Shown piece by piece: positions 8,979-18,594 of a stretch of 47,946 nt of DNA (position 1 is its first letter; each line of letters begins with the position of its first letter). The notes under the pieces are model-generated. The model ran no database searches and had not been told where the DNA came from. It was given only the letters and a program-made list of their open reading frames with translations. This DNA is from a virus (Duplodnaviria; Heunggongvirae; Uroviricota; Caudoviricetes): IMG/VR virus record IMGVR_UViG_2681813146_000002; one strand, given 5' to 3'. The translations under genes and the position numbers were made by a program.

Positions 8979-11357
8979 GTGAGTAAATTATTATTTACGA
9001 TGACTGACGCCGGTCGTCAGGAACTGGTTAATGCCAACAAGACTGGAACAAATAAAGTTGAGATCGTTTCTGTTGGTTTAGGTAGTAGATATTATGTCAC
9101 ATCAACCACACAAACAAAAATAACAGATGAAATAAAGCGACTTACCACAATAGGAGGCAAAGTCGTTTCTCCTGATACCATTCATGTAACTGCGAAGGAT
9201 GATAGTAAAGATGAGTATGTTGTCCATACAATAGGTTTGTATACAAATAAAGGAACATTGTTTGCTGTATACTCGCAAGAACAAGTAATAATAAATAAAG
9301 CATCTTCTACTATTGCTTTAATATCAAGTGATATAGCAATTAAAAATCTTGATACTAAAAACATTACATTTGGTGATGTTGAGTTTATTAACCCTCCCGC
9401 AACCGAAACTGTTGTTGGAGTAGCAAGATTTGCTAATGAACAAGAAATTGATGCAGGTACAGATGATTCCCTGGCTGTTTCAGCAAAGCGACTTAAGCAA
9501 GCCATTGTAAAACATGAGCAATCACGTAATCATCCTGATGCAACTTTAACCTCAAAAGGCATTGTTCAACTCAGTAGTGACACTAACAGTACCTCTGAAA
9601 CGCGCGCTGCAACGCCAAAAGCCGTCAAAGAAGTGTTTGACCTAACGAAGCAAAAACAACCAGCAGATGATACGCTCACCGCTCTGGCAGGACTTGCGAC
9701 GGCTGCAAATAAATTGCCGTACTTTACCGGTAAAGACACAGTAGCCCTGGCTGATTTAACGTCAGTCGGCCGTAATATTCTGGCTAAAACAAGTGTCCTT
9801 GCTGTTATCCAGTACCTTGGTTTAAGAGAACTCGGCACAAGCGGTGAAAAGATCCCCCTGTTGAGCACGGCTAACACATGGAGTGAACGCCAGACTTTCA
9901 ACGGCGGACTCAACGGCGCACTGACGGGGAACGCCGACACCGCAACGAAATTAAAAACCGCACGGAAGATTAACAACGTTTCATTTGACGGTTCGTCAGA
10001 TATTACTTTAACAGCCTCGGATATCGAAGCATTGCCACTGGAGGATGCCCGGAAGATTATTCAACCGCTACCTGATGTGTGGATACCGTTTAACGATTCG
10101 CTGGATATGATTACGGGCTTTTCGCCATCATATAAAAAGATTGTTATTGGCGACGACGAAATAACAATGCCTGGCGACAAGGTTGTTAAGTTTAAACGCG
10201 CATCGAAAGCAACCTATATTAATAAATCTGGTGTGCTTACAGAGGCTGCCATTGACGAGCCACGATTTGAACGTGATGGCCTGCTTATTGAGGGACAAAG
10301 AACAAACTACATGCTCAATTCGGAAAACCCTGCCAGTTGGGAGCGATCGTCAAATATGGATGTTCCCGAAACCGGGACGGATAGTTTTGGTTTTACCTAT
10401 GGAAAGTTTGTCTGTAACGATTCTCTGATTGGGCAAACCTCAGCCATTAATATGGCATCAATTGCTGCAACAAAGTCAGTTGATGTCTCAGGCGATAATA
10501 AATACGTGACAACCTCATGTCGTTTTAAAACAGAACTGCAGGTAAGGTTGCGTATCCGGTTTGATAAATATGACGGTAGCGCAACAACTTTTCTTGGTGA
10601 TGCGTATATTGATACACAAACGCTTGAAATTAATATGACAGGTGGTGCTTCCGGTAGAATTACGGCACGAGTCAGGAAGGATGAAACTACAGGATGGATT
10701 TTTGCTGAGGCAACAATTCAGGCAATTGATGGGGAGTTAAAAATAGGTTCTCAGATACAGTATTCTCCTAAGCAGGGCGGGGCAACCGTATCTGGTGACT
10801 ATATTTATCTGGCCACCCCACAAGTAGAAAATGGGCCTTGTGTATCATCTTTTATTATATCAGGAACGACGGCGGCGACCCGCGCAAGCGATATAGTTAC
10901 AGTTCCCATTAAGAATAATCTTTATAATCTTCCTTTTACGGTTCTTTGTGAGGTACATAAGAACTGGTATAAAACGCCAAATGCAGCGCCGCGTGTTTTT
11001 GATACAGGCGGTCATCAAACCGGAGCGGCTATTATTCTTGGCTTCGGTTCTTCAGCAGATTACGACGGATTTCCTTATTGCGATATTGGAGGAGCTAACA
11101 GACGGGTAAACGAAAACGCATCGCTTGAAAAAATGGTTATGGGGATGCGTGTAAAATCAGATCAGTCTACGTGCTCAGTAAGTAACGGGCGCATATCCAG
11201 CGAAACAAAGACTACGTGGTCCTATATTCAGAACTCTGCAACCATCCGTATTGGAGGCCAGACTACAGCAGGGTTACGTCATTTATTTGGTCATATCAGG
11301 AATTTCAGAATATGGCATAAAGCATTAACAGACCAACAAATGGCTGAGGTTATTTAA
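8979..11357 (+). CDS. Tail fibre protein 1
   Basis: 792 aa. GTG start after an AAGG ribosome-binding site. Contains the conserved segment [22 protein letters not shown] shared with the second fibre. Confidence 0.7.
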   Translation: MSKLLFTMTDAGRQELVNANKTGTNKVEIVSVGLGSRYYVTSTTQTKITDEIKRLTTIGGKVVSPDTIHVTAKDDSKDEYVVHTIGLYTNKGTLFAVYSQEQVIINKASSTIALISSDIAIKNLDTKNITFGDVEFINPPATETVVGVARFANEQEIDAGTDDSLAVSAKRLKQAIVKHEQSRNHPDATLTSKGIVQLSSDTNSTSETRAATPKAVKEVFDLTKQKQPADDTLTALAGLATAANKLPYFTGKDTVALADLTSVGRNILAKTSVLAVIQYLGLRELGTSGEKIPLLSTANTWSERQTFNGGLNGALTGNADTATKLKTARKINNVSFDGSSDITLTASDIEALPLEDARKIIQPLPDVWIPFNDSLDMITGFSPSYKKIVIGDDEITMPGDKVVKFKRASKATYINKSGVLTEAAIDEPRFERDGLLIEGQRTNYMLNSENPASWERSSNMDVPETGTDSFGFTYGKFVCNDSLIGQTSAINMASIAATKSVDVSGDNKYVTTSCRFKTELQVRLRIRFDKYDGSATTFLGDAYIDTQTLEINMTGGASGRITARVRKDETTGWIFAEATIQAIDGELKIGSQIQYSPKQGGATVSGDYIYLATPQVENGPCVSSFIISGTTAATRASDIVTVPIKNNLYNLPFTVLCEVHKNWYKTPNAAPRVFDTGGHQTGAAIILGFGSSADYDGFPYCDIGGANRRVNENASLEKMVMGMRVKSDQSTCSVSNGRISSETKTTWSYIQNSATIRIGGQTTAGLRHLFGHIRNFRIWHKALTDQQMAEVI

Positions 11358-11635
11358 TGAAAGATATTACGTTGAAATTCAGAGACAGAGCAGAATACGA
11401 CTCTTTTTTAGAGAGTATATCCTGGCACGATAATGAAGAACTGCAAAACAACATCCTTCTTGATGTTGTAGGTATTACATATACCGAAATACCAAACGGC
11501 GAGAACGAAGAACCAACAGTGATTAAAAATGATGGCTTCTTTGTTAATGTTCGTATTTTAAACGACAGTTTGAAACAACAAATGTTTGATGGTTTTGAAG
11601 TTCAATTAGAACAACCGCTGCGGGAATGGGCGTAA
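11357..11635 (+). CDS. Hypothetical protein between the tail fibre genes
   Basis: 92-aa ORF, acidic. No recognisable motif. Confidence 0.35.
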   Translation: MKDITLKFRDRAEYDSFLESISWHDNEELQNNILLDVVGITYTEIPNGENEEPTVIKNDGFFVNVRILNDSLKQQMFDGFEVQLEQPLREWA

Positions 11636-11644
11636 GGAATTAAT

Positions 11645-12577
11645 ATGGCAACAGTGACAACGATACCAGCAGATATAACTAATCTGAAAAAAGAAATCGA
11701 CTCTATTAAGAGTGATGTTGCTAAAAAACTGGAAATTTCAGGCGGCACAATAACTGGTGATCTAACAGTTGTTGGTGGCATTTCTGGTGAGCTGTCCGGA
11801 AATGCCTCAACAGCCACAAAACTAAAAACCGCGCGAAAGATTAATTCCGTTTCGTTTGATGGTTCAAAAGACATTAACCTCACGCCTGAAAATGTTGGTG
11901 CATTGCCAATAACCGGAGGAGCTCTTACCGGCGGTTTAACGGCTGCTGGCGAGATTGTTTCCAAATCAGGAAACGGCTTCCGCATCGTACAGGGTAACTA
12001 TGGATTCTTTATCCGAAACGATGGTTCAAACACATACTTCATGTTGACCAATTCGGGCGACAGCCTGGGAACATGGAATAGTTTAAGGCCGCTTACCATT
12101 AACGATGCCAGTGGTGGAGTAACTATTGGGAACGGTTTAACGGTTAATGGTTCTCTTGGTCTGGGTACTAAAAATGCTCTTGGCGGTAACTCTATCGTTC
12201 TTGGCGATAATGATACTGGTTTTAAACAGAACGGTGACGGCCTGCTTGATGTTTATGCAAATAGCCATCATGTATTCCGCTTTCAGAATGGTACTTTGCA
12301 GAGTAACAACCCAGTTAATGTCGCAGGTCAGGTGACTCCATCAGATTACGGTAATTTTGATTCCAGATATGTGAAAGATGTTCGACTTGGTTCACAACAA
12401 TATTATGGAGTGAACAACTGGCAAACATGGAATTTCCAGTGCCCGTCAGGTCATGTATTGTCTGGTATTAATGTTCAGGATACAGGGTCCAACTCTGCCG
12501 ATAATATAGCGGGCGTTTATTACAGACCCGTTCAAAAGTATATAAATGGCACTTGGTATAATGTAGCGAGCGTTTAA
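11645..12577 (+). CDS. Tail fibre protein 2
   Basis: 310 aa. Shares the [23 protein letters not shown] module with fibre 1; glycine-rich repeats. Confidence 0.65.
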   Translation: MATVTTIPADITNLKKEIDSIKSDVAKKLEISGGTITGDLTVVGGISGELSGNASTATKLKTARKINSVSFDGSKDINLTPENVGALPITGGALTGGLTAAGEIVSKSGNGFRIVQGNYGFFIRNDGSNTYFMLTNSGDSLGTWNSLRPLTINDASGGVTIGNGLTVNGSLGLGTKNALGGNSIVLGDNDTGFKQNGDGLLDVYANSHHVFRFQNGTLQSNNPVNVAGQVTPSDYGNFDSRYVKDVRLGSQQYYGVNNWQTWNFQCPSGHVLSGINVQDTGSNSADNIAGVYYRPVQKYINGTWYNVASV

Positions 12578-12578
12578 T

Positions 12579-13106
12579 ATGATGCACTTAAAGAACATAA
12601 AAGCGGGCAACGCTAAAACACTGGAACAGTATGAGTTAACAAAGAAACACGGAGTTATCTGGCTTTACTCTGAGGACGGAAAAAACTGGTATGAGGAAGT
12701 GAAAAACTTTCAGCCAGACACAATAAAGATTGTTTACGATGCAAATAATATTATTGTCGCCATCACTAAAGATGCCTCTACGCTTAACCCTGAAGGTTTT
12801 AGCGTTGTTGAGGTTCCTGATATTACCTCCAACCGACGTGCTGATGACTCAGGTAAATGGATGTTTAAGGATGGTGCCGTGATTAAGCGGATTTATACGG
12901 CAGGCGAACAGCAACAACAGGCCGAATCACAAAAGGCCACGTTACTTTCCGAAGCTGAATCAGTTATCCGGCCGCTGGAACGCGCTGTCAGGCTGAGCAT
13001 GGCAACAGATGAGGAGCGTAGCCGACTGGAAGCCTGGGAACGTTACAGTGTTCTTGTCAGTCGCGTGGACACAGCAAACCCCGAATGGCCAGACAAACCA
13101 GAATAA
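12579..13106 (+). CDS. Tail fibre assembly chaperone (Tfa-like)
   Basis: 175 aa immediately after the fibre gene. N-terminal pattern typical of Tfa proteins. Confidence 0.6.
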   Translation: MMHLKNIKAGNAKTLEQYELTKKHGVIWLYSEDGKNWYEEVKNFQPDTIKIVYDANNIIVAITKDASTLNPEGFSVVEVPDITSNRRADDSGKWMFKDGAVIKRIYTAGEQQQQAESQKATLLSEAESVIRPLERAVRLSMATDEERSRLEAWERYSVLVSRVDTANPEWPDKPE

Positions 13107-13261
13107 AGGAGTGTTGTTATGTTCATCATTGACTGGAGTTAGCCCAGTAGTATGATGCTCGCAAAACGAGATCCAATTTAGATCCTTTTACTGGTGGATT
13201 ATCGTTCGATCAGCGAGAGACTTCGTGCATGACCGAAAGTGTTGTGGTAGAGTTCTCTTAA

Positions 13262-13278
13262 AACCACGTAACGTGGTT
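13262..13278. promoter_or_regulatory. Operator-like palindrome AACCACGT-A-ACGTGGTT upstream of the repA control region
   Basis: Perfect 8-bp arms. Same AACCAC-N5-GTGGTT architecture as the palindromes flanking the CI-like gene. Confidence 0.5.
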
Positions 13279-13325
13279 ATGATTGTGGGTGTCTGGTTGG
13301 AAAATGACCAGATATGGAAACAAAA

Positions 13326-13349
13326 AGCCCGCAGATAAATCTGCGGGCT
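13326..13349. ncRNA. CopA-like stem-loop in the repA leader (candidate antisense RNA or target hairpin)
   Basis: Hairpin AGCCCGCAGATAAATCTGCGGGCT followed by a second long stem (arms 13360..13375 and 13416..13431) spanning the repA start region. Transcript strand not determined. Confidence 0.4.
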
Positions 13350-13446
13350 TCTTGCGACATCCACGGAAAACCAACAACCAATTAACCATGGGCGCCTCGA
13401 CAACTCCCATTATACGTTGGTTTTCCGTGGACGCAAGAGCGAACAT

Positions 13447-14295
13447 ATGGATAGACCAATGCCGTCTCTACGTTCCGCTTACGTTTGTAATTTGTCGCCG
13501 GAGTTCCAGCCTCCAAAGCACCATACGCACAAGCTGCCGCTGGTGTTATCTGATGCTTTACAGCGCATTAATGGGCGTGATCTTACGTGTGAGGTTGCGT
13601 TCTACGTTAATCAACCGTCAGAGCGGAAGCGTCGGATAAACGAGCATCGTCGTCGGGCGATTAATGCTGTGATTGCTGCGATTTTGCACCATGTAAACAT
13701 CATTTCTAAGCGGGTTCTGGCCAGTGCTGAGGCGTTGGCTGATTTTTGCGGCCTGTCTACCGTATCCGAAGCTGGGAACAAGTCTATAACACGCTGTACA
13801 AGGGCGTTGTCGCAACTGAAAGCGTTAGGTTTTATTGATTATGAACGTCGCTGGGATCGGGTGAATAAACAGTATTGGCCAGCGAAAATAGAGATTCGTG
13901 ATCAACTGCTGGAAACCGTTGGTATTACTGAACAAGCATGGAGACGTGCGGTTAGCCAGAAACTTAATTACTTCAATGCGAAGAATAGCGAACGGCTTAA
14001 AAAAGCGATAACGGAGGCTGATTATAAGCGTATTGTTATTCAGGAGCAGATGGAGAATGTATGGCGTCAGAGGAAGACGGCCAGAGAGATAAAGGCAAAA
14101 CAGAAAGCAGCGGAGAGAGCTGCGCGTCTTGTTCGGGAAAAGGGAGAGGCCGAACTTCGTCATCAAATCACTAGAGAGGTTAGCCAGGAATTTGCTGATG
14201 GCATGTATCCTGGAGCTGACCTTGCATATTTACGATCCCTCGTTGAGCAGCGTTATAACAGGTTAAGAAAGACCTGGAAATCACTCCAACATTAA
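13447..14295 (+). CDS. repA: Plasmid replication initiator, IncFII RepA1-like
   Basis: The segment SITRCTRALSQLKALGFIDYERRWD and the basic C-terminus resemble IncFII RepA1 as I recall it. Start is uncertain: TTG 13417, ATG 13447 or ATG 13459. Confidence 0.6.
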   Translation: MDRPMPSLRSAYVCNLSPEFQPPKHHTHKLPLVLSDALQRINGRDLTCEVAFYVNQPSERKRRINEHRRRAINAVIAAILHHVNIISKRVLASAEALADFCGLSTVSEAGNKSITRCTRALSQLKALGFIDYERRWDRVNKQYWPAKIEIRDQLLETVGITEQAWRRAVSQKLNYFNAKNSERLKKAITEADYKRIVIQEQMENVWRQRKTAREIKAKQKAAERAARLVREKGEAELRHQITREVSQEFADGMYPGADLAYLRSLVEQRYNRLRKTWKSLQH

Positions 14296-14436
14296 CCCAC
14301 CTGAATGATGAATCCGGTTTTACCGGAGGATTATCTACGTCGCAATAAAATATCTGTTCAAAAAACAATCTAAATTAGTTTTCTCTAAACCTGAACACAG
14401 CAAAAATATCGCCTTTACAGGCATCGGCTAATAAAG

Positions 14437-14445
14437 TTATCCACA
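14437..14445 (+). promoter_or_regulatory. DnaA box TTATCCACA in the candidate origin downstream of repA
   Basis: Exact consensus 9-mer about 140 bp after the repA stop, in an AT-rich noncoding stretch. Confidence 0.5.
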
Positions 14446-14545
14446 GTTTTGATATGTATATGCAAATGGTTTTTTATAATAGATGCACTAAACAAATAAA
14501 TGCAAAATCACTTTCTTTTATTAAAACTTTCTTTATTTAACTTAC

Positions 14546-14730
14546 GCAGGCTTTGCCTGTGAATATGTTCGCCCTTGCAGCGAGCTAAAGCTCGCGCCGG
14601 TTCGAGTCGCTACGCTCAAATATACCTCCTCCGGCACTTGCCGGAGGCATGGAGCAGCCTGATCATCCTTTTCGAAACGGCGCGTTTCGAACTATACAAA
14701 ATCAATTTATATAAGGCCGAAATAAGGCCT
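14546..14730. other. Cluster of at least five short GC-rich hairpins in the origin-proximal noncoding region
   Basis: Inverted repeats CAGGCTTTGCCTG, GCGAGCTAAAGCTCGC, CCTCCGGCACTTGCCGGAGG, TTCGAAACGGCGCGTTTCGAA and AGGCCGAAATAAGGCCT. Confidence 0.4.
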
Positions 14731-14938
14731 ACGGCCGGGCTTTGCAGGAGGAAGGGGCGAGCCTTATCAATAAACGTCGATAAATACGCACACAGTAGCC
14801 ATCAGAACGCGATAAAACGTAAGAAACATCATTTCCTATTAGACATAGAAAACTTGTCTTATACGCAATGTAGTAAATTTCTATTGCCACATAGGAAAAG
14901 ATTTCCTACCATCGTAGATATAATAAATGGAGATGGTT

Positions 14939-15226
14939 ATGGATAAAGATACTGTTTTAAAAATGTTGAATCCGGCTTGTTTAAAAAAAGCGGATGAATG
15001 GGAATCTCCTACATGTGGAGAAGTTCGGGCAGTCATTGGCCTGACCGGAATGAGTGGCTCGCAGTTGGCCAAAAAACTAGGCTTAAAAGATAGCCGCAAT
15101 GTTCGCAACTGGCAGATGTTAAAGGAGTCCACATCCAGATCCAGCATTCCGTATGCAGCCTGGGCGCTGCTGTGTTACTTCGCTGGGTTAGGGTTAATCT
15201 TCATTGATAACAAAACAGATGTTTGA
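14939..15226 (+). CDS. Putative DNA-binding protein with a C-terminal hydrophobic segment
   Basis: HTH-like segment MSGSQLAKKLGL and C-terminal AAWALLCYFAGLGLIFI. Start taken after GGAG; ATG 14927 is an alternative. Confidence 0.35.
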   Translation: MDKDTVLKMLNPACLKKADEWESPTCGEVRAVIGLTGMSGSQLAKKLGLKDSRNVRNWQMLKESTSRSSIPYAAWALLCYFAGLGLIFIDNKTDV

Positions 15227-15249
15227 AACATGCAAATATGAGGTTTGTT

Positions 15250-15513
15250 ATGGAACTTGTACGCAAAACACGCAAAGAGTTCTTGGACCTGTATCGCATG
15301 GGAGCTTTCACTTGTGTTGTGGCTACCCAGGACGAAGTGACAAAAAGCTGGCGGCTTTTTGCTCTCAATAAAAAAGGGATTGCCGTTTTTATTGAAAAAG
15401 CCCGTGGTGGTATCCGCGAATGGGCGGGATTGAATTATGTGGCTGATTTTTGCGCAGCTATGGGGATTCGTCGCTGGGAAGTCCATATGCCAGGAGTAAA
15501 GTCACAAAAATAG
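15250..15513 (+). CDS. Hypothetical protein
   Basis: ORF downstream of the preceding gene. Start chosen at MELVRK after a GAGG-like ribosome-binding site. Confidence 0.35.
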   Translation: MELVRKTRKEFLDLYRMGAFTCVVATQDEVTKSWRLFALNKKGIAVFIEKARGGIREWAGLNYVADFCAAMGIRRWEVHMPGVKSQK

Positions 15514-15757
15514 GGCTTTCGCGTCGAAAATGAGGCGAAACTGAAAACGAGATTTCATTAACAAATAAGCAACATAAAAAACGGTGGAAAACGCCCAGGA
15601 AAACATGATCTTTTGAGCGGATTTTTTAGATCCGACAATGAACGGTGATCCGGTGGTGCCGATAACGTCCATTATGTTAAATAGCCCCGTTTTTCTTGAA
15701 ATTATAACCTACGGGTTATATAGTCAGTGGTATAAACTACAGGTTATAGGATTGAGC

Positions 15758-16105
15758 ATGTGGACGGTACTTTTTAGCCAGCGATTTGACGACTGGCTAA
15801 ATGAGCAAGAAGACGCTCTTCAGGAAAAGGTTTTGGCTGATTTGAAAAATCTACAGGTTTACGGACCTGAGTTACCCAGGCCATATGCCGATACCGTAAA
15901 AGGTTCTCGGTACAAAAATATGAAAGAGCTTCGCGTTCAGTTTTCTGGCCGTCCGATAAGAGCCTTTTATGCGTTCGATCCGATTCGCCGGGCTATCGTT
16001 CTTTGTGCAGGAGACAAAAGTAACGATAAGCGGTTTTATAAAAAACTGGTGCGTATAGCTGAGGATGAGTTTGCAGCACATCTGAACACACTGGAGAGCA
16101 AGTAA
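15758..16105 (+). CDS. higB: Toxin of a type II toxin-antitoxin pair (RelE/ParE superfamily, HigB / Gp49-like)
   Basis: Motifs RAFYAFDPIRRAIVLCAGDKSNDKRFY typical of Gp49/HigB-like toxins. Start ATG 15758 after AGGA. Followed by an HTH partner with overlapping stop/start. Confidence 0.6.
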   Translation: MWTVLFSQRFDDWLNEQEDALQEKVLADLKNLQVYGPELPRPYADTVKGSRYKNMKELRVQFSGRPIRAFYAFDPIRRAIVLCAGDKSNDKRFYKKLVRIAEDEFAAHLNTLESK

Positions 16106-16404
16106 TGAGAACATTAGATGAGGTGATTGCCAGCCGTTCACCTGAAAGCCAGGCGCGAATTAAAGAAATGGCAGATGAGATGATTCTTGAGGTCGGCTTG
16201 CAGATGATGCGTGAAGAACTCCAGTTATCACAAAAACAGGTTGCTGAGGCGATGGGTATTAGTCAGCCAGCAGTAACAAAGCTGGAGCAGCGCGGAAATG
16301 ATTTAAAGCTGGCGACATTAAAGCGTTACGTTGAAGCTATGGGAGGCAAATTAAGCCTGGATGTTGAGCTTCCCACAGGAAAACGAATAGCGTTTAACAT
16401 CTGA
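16105..16404 (+). CDS. higA: Antitoxin, XRE-family HTH (HigA-like)
   Basis: 99 aa with HTH LSQKQVAEAMGISQPAVTKLE. Translationally coupled to the toxin gene. Confidence 0.6.
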   Translation: MRTLDEVIASRSPESQARIKEMADEMILEVGLQMMREELQLSQKQVAEAMGISQPAVTKLEQRGNDLKLATLKRYVEAMGGKLSLDVELPTGKRIAFNI

Positions 16405-16418
16405 TCAGAACGAATGAT

Positions 16419-16447
16419 AAGCCCCTGTTGCAAAGGGGCTTTTTTGT
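16419..16447 (+). terminator. Rho-independent terminator after the toxin-antitoxin pair
   Basis: GCCCCTGTTGCAAAGGGGC hairpin followed by a T-run. Confidence 0.6.
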
Positions 16448-16450
16448 GCT

Positions 16451-16568
16451 CATAGAATTATATAATTATAGATTTATATAAAAAAGCGCTTTACGGGTGG
16501 GAAAAAATTTCCTAAGGTTATACCCGAAACCGAGCGATACCCGCCCTGGTTAAACCGGAGATAACCCG
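16451..16568 (+). promoter_or_regulatory. Conserved promoter/operator/leader cassette, copy A
   Basis: AT-rich palindrome, then TTTACG-N17-TAAGGT, then leader CCGAAACCGAGCGATACCCGCCCTGGTTAAACCGGAGATAACCCG before the ATG. Near-identical to copies at 25843 and 33034. Confidence 0.55.
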
Positions 16569-16949
16569 ATGAGCATGATTAAAATCCGCAAAGACGCTTT
16601 CCTTAAAATTCAAACTATCCTGGCTGGTTCTGTTGGCGTGATTTGCCGTTCTTCTTCAAGCCGCATCGATGACGGCTACGATGATGAGTATCGTGTGTCC
16701 TCGTGCGACGAGGCTTTAACCTGGCTGAAGGAGAATCAGGAACGTGCCCAGGTATATCTGGAAACAGAGAACGGCAATCAGATGTTGCGTATTAGCGGTC
16801 GTTATGGATTTGAAACTACATTCATGGCCTATTTTAATCAGGCTTACTTTGACAAGGAGTTGGCCTGGTACACTGATCGCATGAGCAAAAGCGAGCCAGC
16901 CCCGATTACACCGCCGAACAATAAACCATTTTTATTCCTCGTTAAGTAA
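16569..16949 (+). CDS. Hypothetical protein, cassette-driven accessory gene
   Basis: 126-aa ORF immediately after cassette copy A. Confidence 0.45.
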   Translation: MSMIKIRKDAFLKIQTILAGSVGVICRSSSSRIDDGYDDEYRVSSCDEALTWLKENQERAQVYLETENGNQMLRISGRYGFETTFMAYFNQAYFDKELAWYTDRMSKSEPAPITPPNNKPFLFLVK

Positions 16950-17012
16950 ACACAATGCGCAAAGTGTCATTTTGACACTTTGCGAGTGTTAATATTGTGC
17001 GAGGAGGGTGCT

Positions 17013-17285
17013 ATGACGGGTTATGAATTGAAATTATGGCGTCGTGGGATGAACTGGACGCAGGAGCGAGCCGCCGAAGAATTTGGGATATCGTTGGCTA
17101 CATATAAGCGATATGAGAAGGGGGAGCCGCCGAGGGTCATTGAGATGGCCATTCGCGTTCTGTCGTTTGACGATATGGTTAAGGATCTTTCACACCTTGA
17201 TAAAGATGCGATTCTGTTAAGGCTGCAAACCCTTGTATGGGAAAAGGTTAAAGTGTCGTCAGAATTGGAACAAGGGATCAAATGA
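17013..17285 (+). CDS. XRE-family HTH protein
   Basis: HTH WTQERAAEEFGISLATYKRYE. Start ATG 17013 after GAGGAGG. Confidence 0.5.
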   Translation: MTGYELKLWRRGMNWTQERAAEEFGISLATYKRYEKGEPPRVIEMAIRVLSFDDMVKDLSHLDKDAILLRLQTLVWEKVKVSSELEQGIK

Positions 17286-17336
17286 TCCTTTACGGATCGT
17301 TTTATGGTGGTGTAATGTAAGCGCCAGAAAGACAAA

Positions 17337-17360
17337 AACCGCCTTGCCGGGCGGTTTTCA
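17337..17360 (+). terminator. Rho-independent terminator
   Basis: AACCGCCTTGCCGGGCGGTTTT hairpin with a T-run. Confidence 0.55.
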
Positions 17361-17920
17361 GTCTGAAATTTAAATCTTGCTTGGTAGGCTGGATTTAAAA
17401 AGACACCTCTTGATTGGGGCGGCTTTCTTGCGTCTAAAGATAATCAAATCTTTTTGCGCCTGCAACCCCTTTTTTACTGGTGCCTGTTTCAGACTCACGC
17501 TCGCGTCGTTGTCTTTGCCACTTCGTTGGGTTCGGTGTTTTTGGGCGAAGTGGCGCGCGGGTATGCGTACAAGGGGAAAGTGTGCTGACGCAAGCCAGGA
17601 ACAGCGATCTAAACTAAGTCGAGTCTGAGAAAGGCAGGAGTGCGACAACTCGCCTGTGCTCTATGAGCAGAAGAAGGTATATCAGACGACCAATGGCATG
17701 ATTGTGGGCCACAGGGCGCACACGGCGGCGAAGCATTGGAAACGATGTGGAGCTATCTGGTGGCATGAGTTCCGGTACTCGATCTCGAGCTTTTTTTGAT
17801 GCTTTTGAGAAGGGGCCGGAACTCCGGTAAAGGGCACCCTGTATGGGGGGAGGGGGGGTTGTGTCTTAAGGAAGATCTAATACGATATTGCTTTACCCTT
17901 ATATCTAAAAGGAGATTTCT

Positions 17921-18556
17921 ATGGGGATGCTGGTGGCGTTTATTATTAGCCTGATTTTGTGTTTCTTCGTAGTTCGTGGCGCATATCGGAAACAATGTGC
18001 CTCGTCTTCTGGTGGTAAGTTCAAAGCTGTTTTAGTGAGTGGCTTTCTCGGGATTGCAACTTTTGTAGTTGTTAATACTCTTGCGGCTGTGACCTTGATC
18101 CCAGAAGACTCCAACACTGCGGCTACTACCGGAGCTGCTTTTGATGGTGTGACCGTAGATAAGTTTAAGAGGTTATATAATGATGACCTTGAAGGCATCG
18201 CTACATCAGGAAAAGCCACCTCCCCTATAAGAATTAAGTCAGTTAAACAAGGTAACAACACCGTTGAATTTGCCATCAATTCATCTGTTAACGGTCGAGC
18301 TAGAGTTGATAAGGATGGGAAGATTTCAGAGTTATTATGGCGAGTATCTAAGCCTAGCTCTGATTCCTTGCTTTCTATGGCCGTAGCTGTTGAAGTCTTG
18401 GATGCATCAAGTGATAGAGACACAGTGATCGCGCAGTTAGAGCAGATTGTTAAATCTGATACGCAGAAAGCTGAGTTTAAGACTAAGAGAGGCGAGTATT
18501 ACGTTTCTCGTGACAAATCAGGGCACGTGTCGCTACTGATTACACCGAAATATTAA
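17921..18556 (+). CDS. Membrane-anchored protein, candidate superinfection-exclusion or moron product
   Basis: 211 aa with two N-terminal hydrophobic helices and a Ser/Thr-rich soluble domain. Flanked by terminators. Confidence 0.4.
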   Translation: MGMLVAFIISLILCFFVVRGAYRKQCASSSGGKFKAVLVSGFLGIATFVVVNTLAAVTLIPEDSNTAATTGAAFDGVTVDKFKRLYNDDLEGIATSGKATSPIRIKSVKQGNNTVEFAINSSVNGRARVDKDGKISELLWRVSKPSSDSLLSMAVAVEVLDASSDRDTVIAQLEQIVKSDTQKAEFKTKRGEYYVSRDKSGHVSLLITPKY

Positions 18557-18566
18557 GAATTGAAGA

Positions 18567-18594
18567 AGCGCCCAAATCGGGCGCTTTGTTTTAT
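18567..18594. terminator. Bidirectional terminator between convergent genes
   Basis: AGCGCCCAAATCGGGCGCT hairpin with flanking T/A runs. Confidence 0.55.

Noticed and set aside
9566-11985. Minus-strand ORFs inside the tail fibre genes (9566..9976 and 11602..11985), as a possible sign of an invertible fibre segment
   Set aside because: They are shadow frames of the repeated fibre module. Both fibre genes are on the same strand and no invertase gene is present.
13283-13639. 118-aa ORF overlapping the repA start
   Set aside because: It lies in a different frame across the RepA leader and N-terminus. RepA family resemblance supports the 13447..14295 frame.
14575-14946. 123-aa ORF downstream of repA
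   Set aside because: It coincides with the hairpin cluster and AT-rich origin-like region, has no ribosome-binding site and has an implausible composition. Treated as noncoding.
17370-17648. Overlapping ORFs on both strands (17370..17648 minus, 17377..17628 plus)
   Set aside because: Mutually overlapping frames in a palindrome-rich region with no start context. More likely noncoding.
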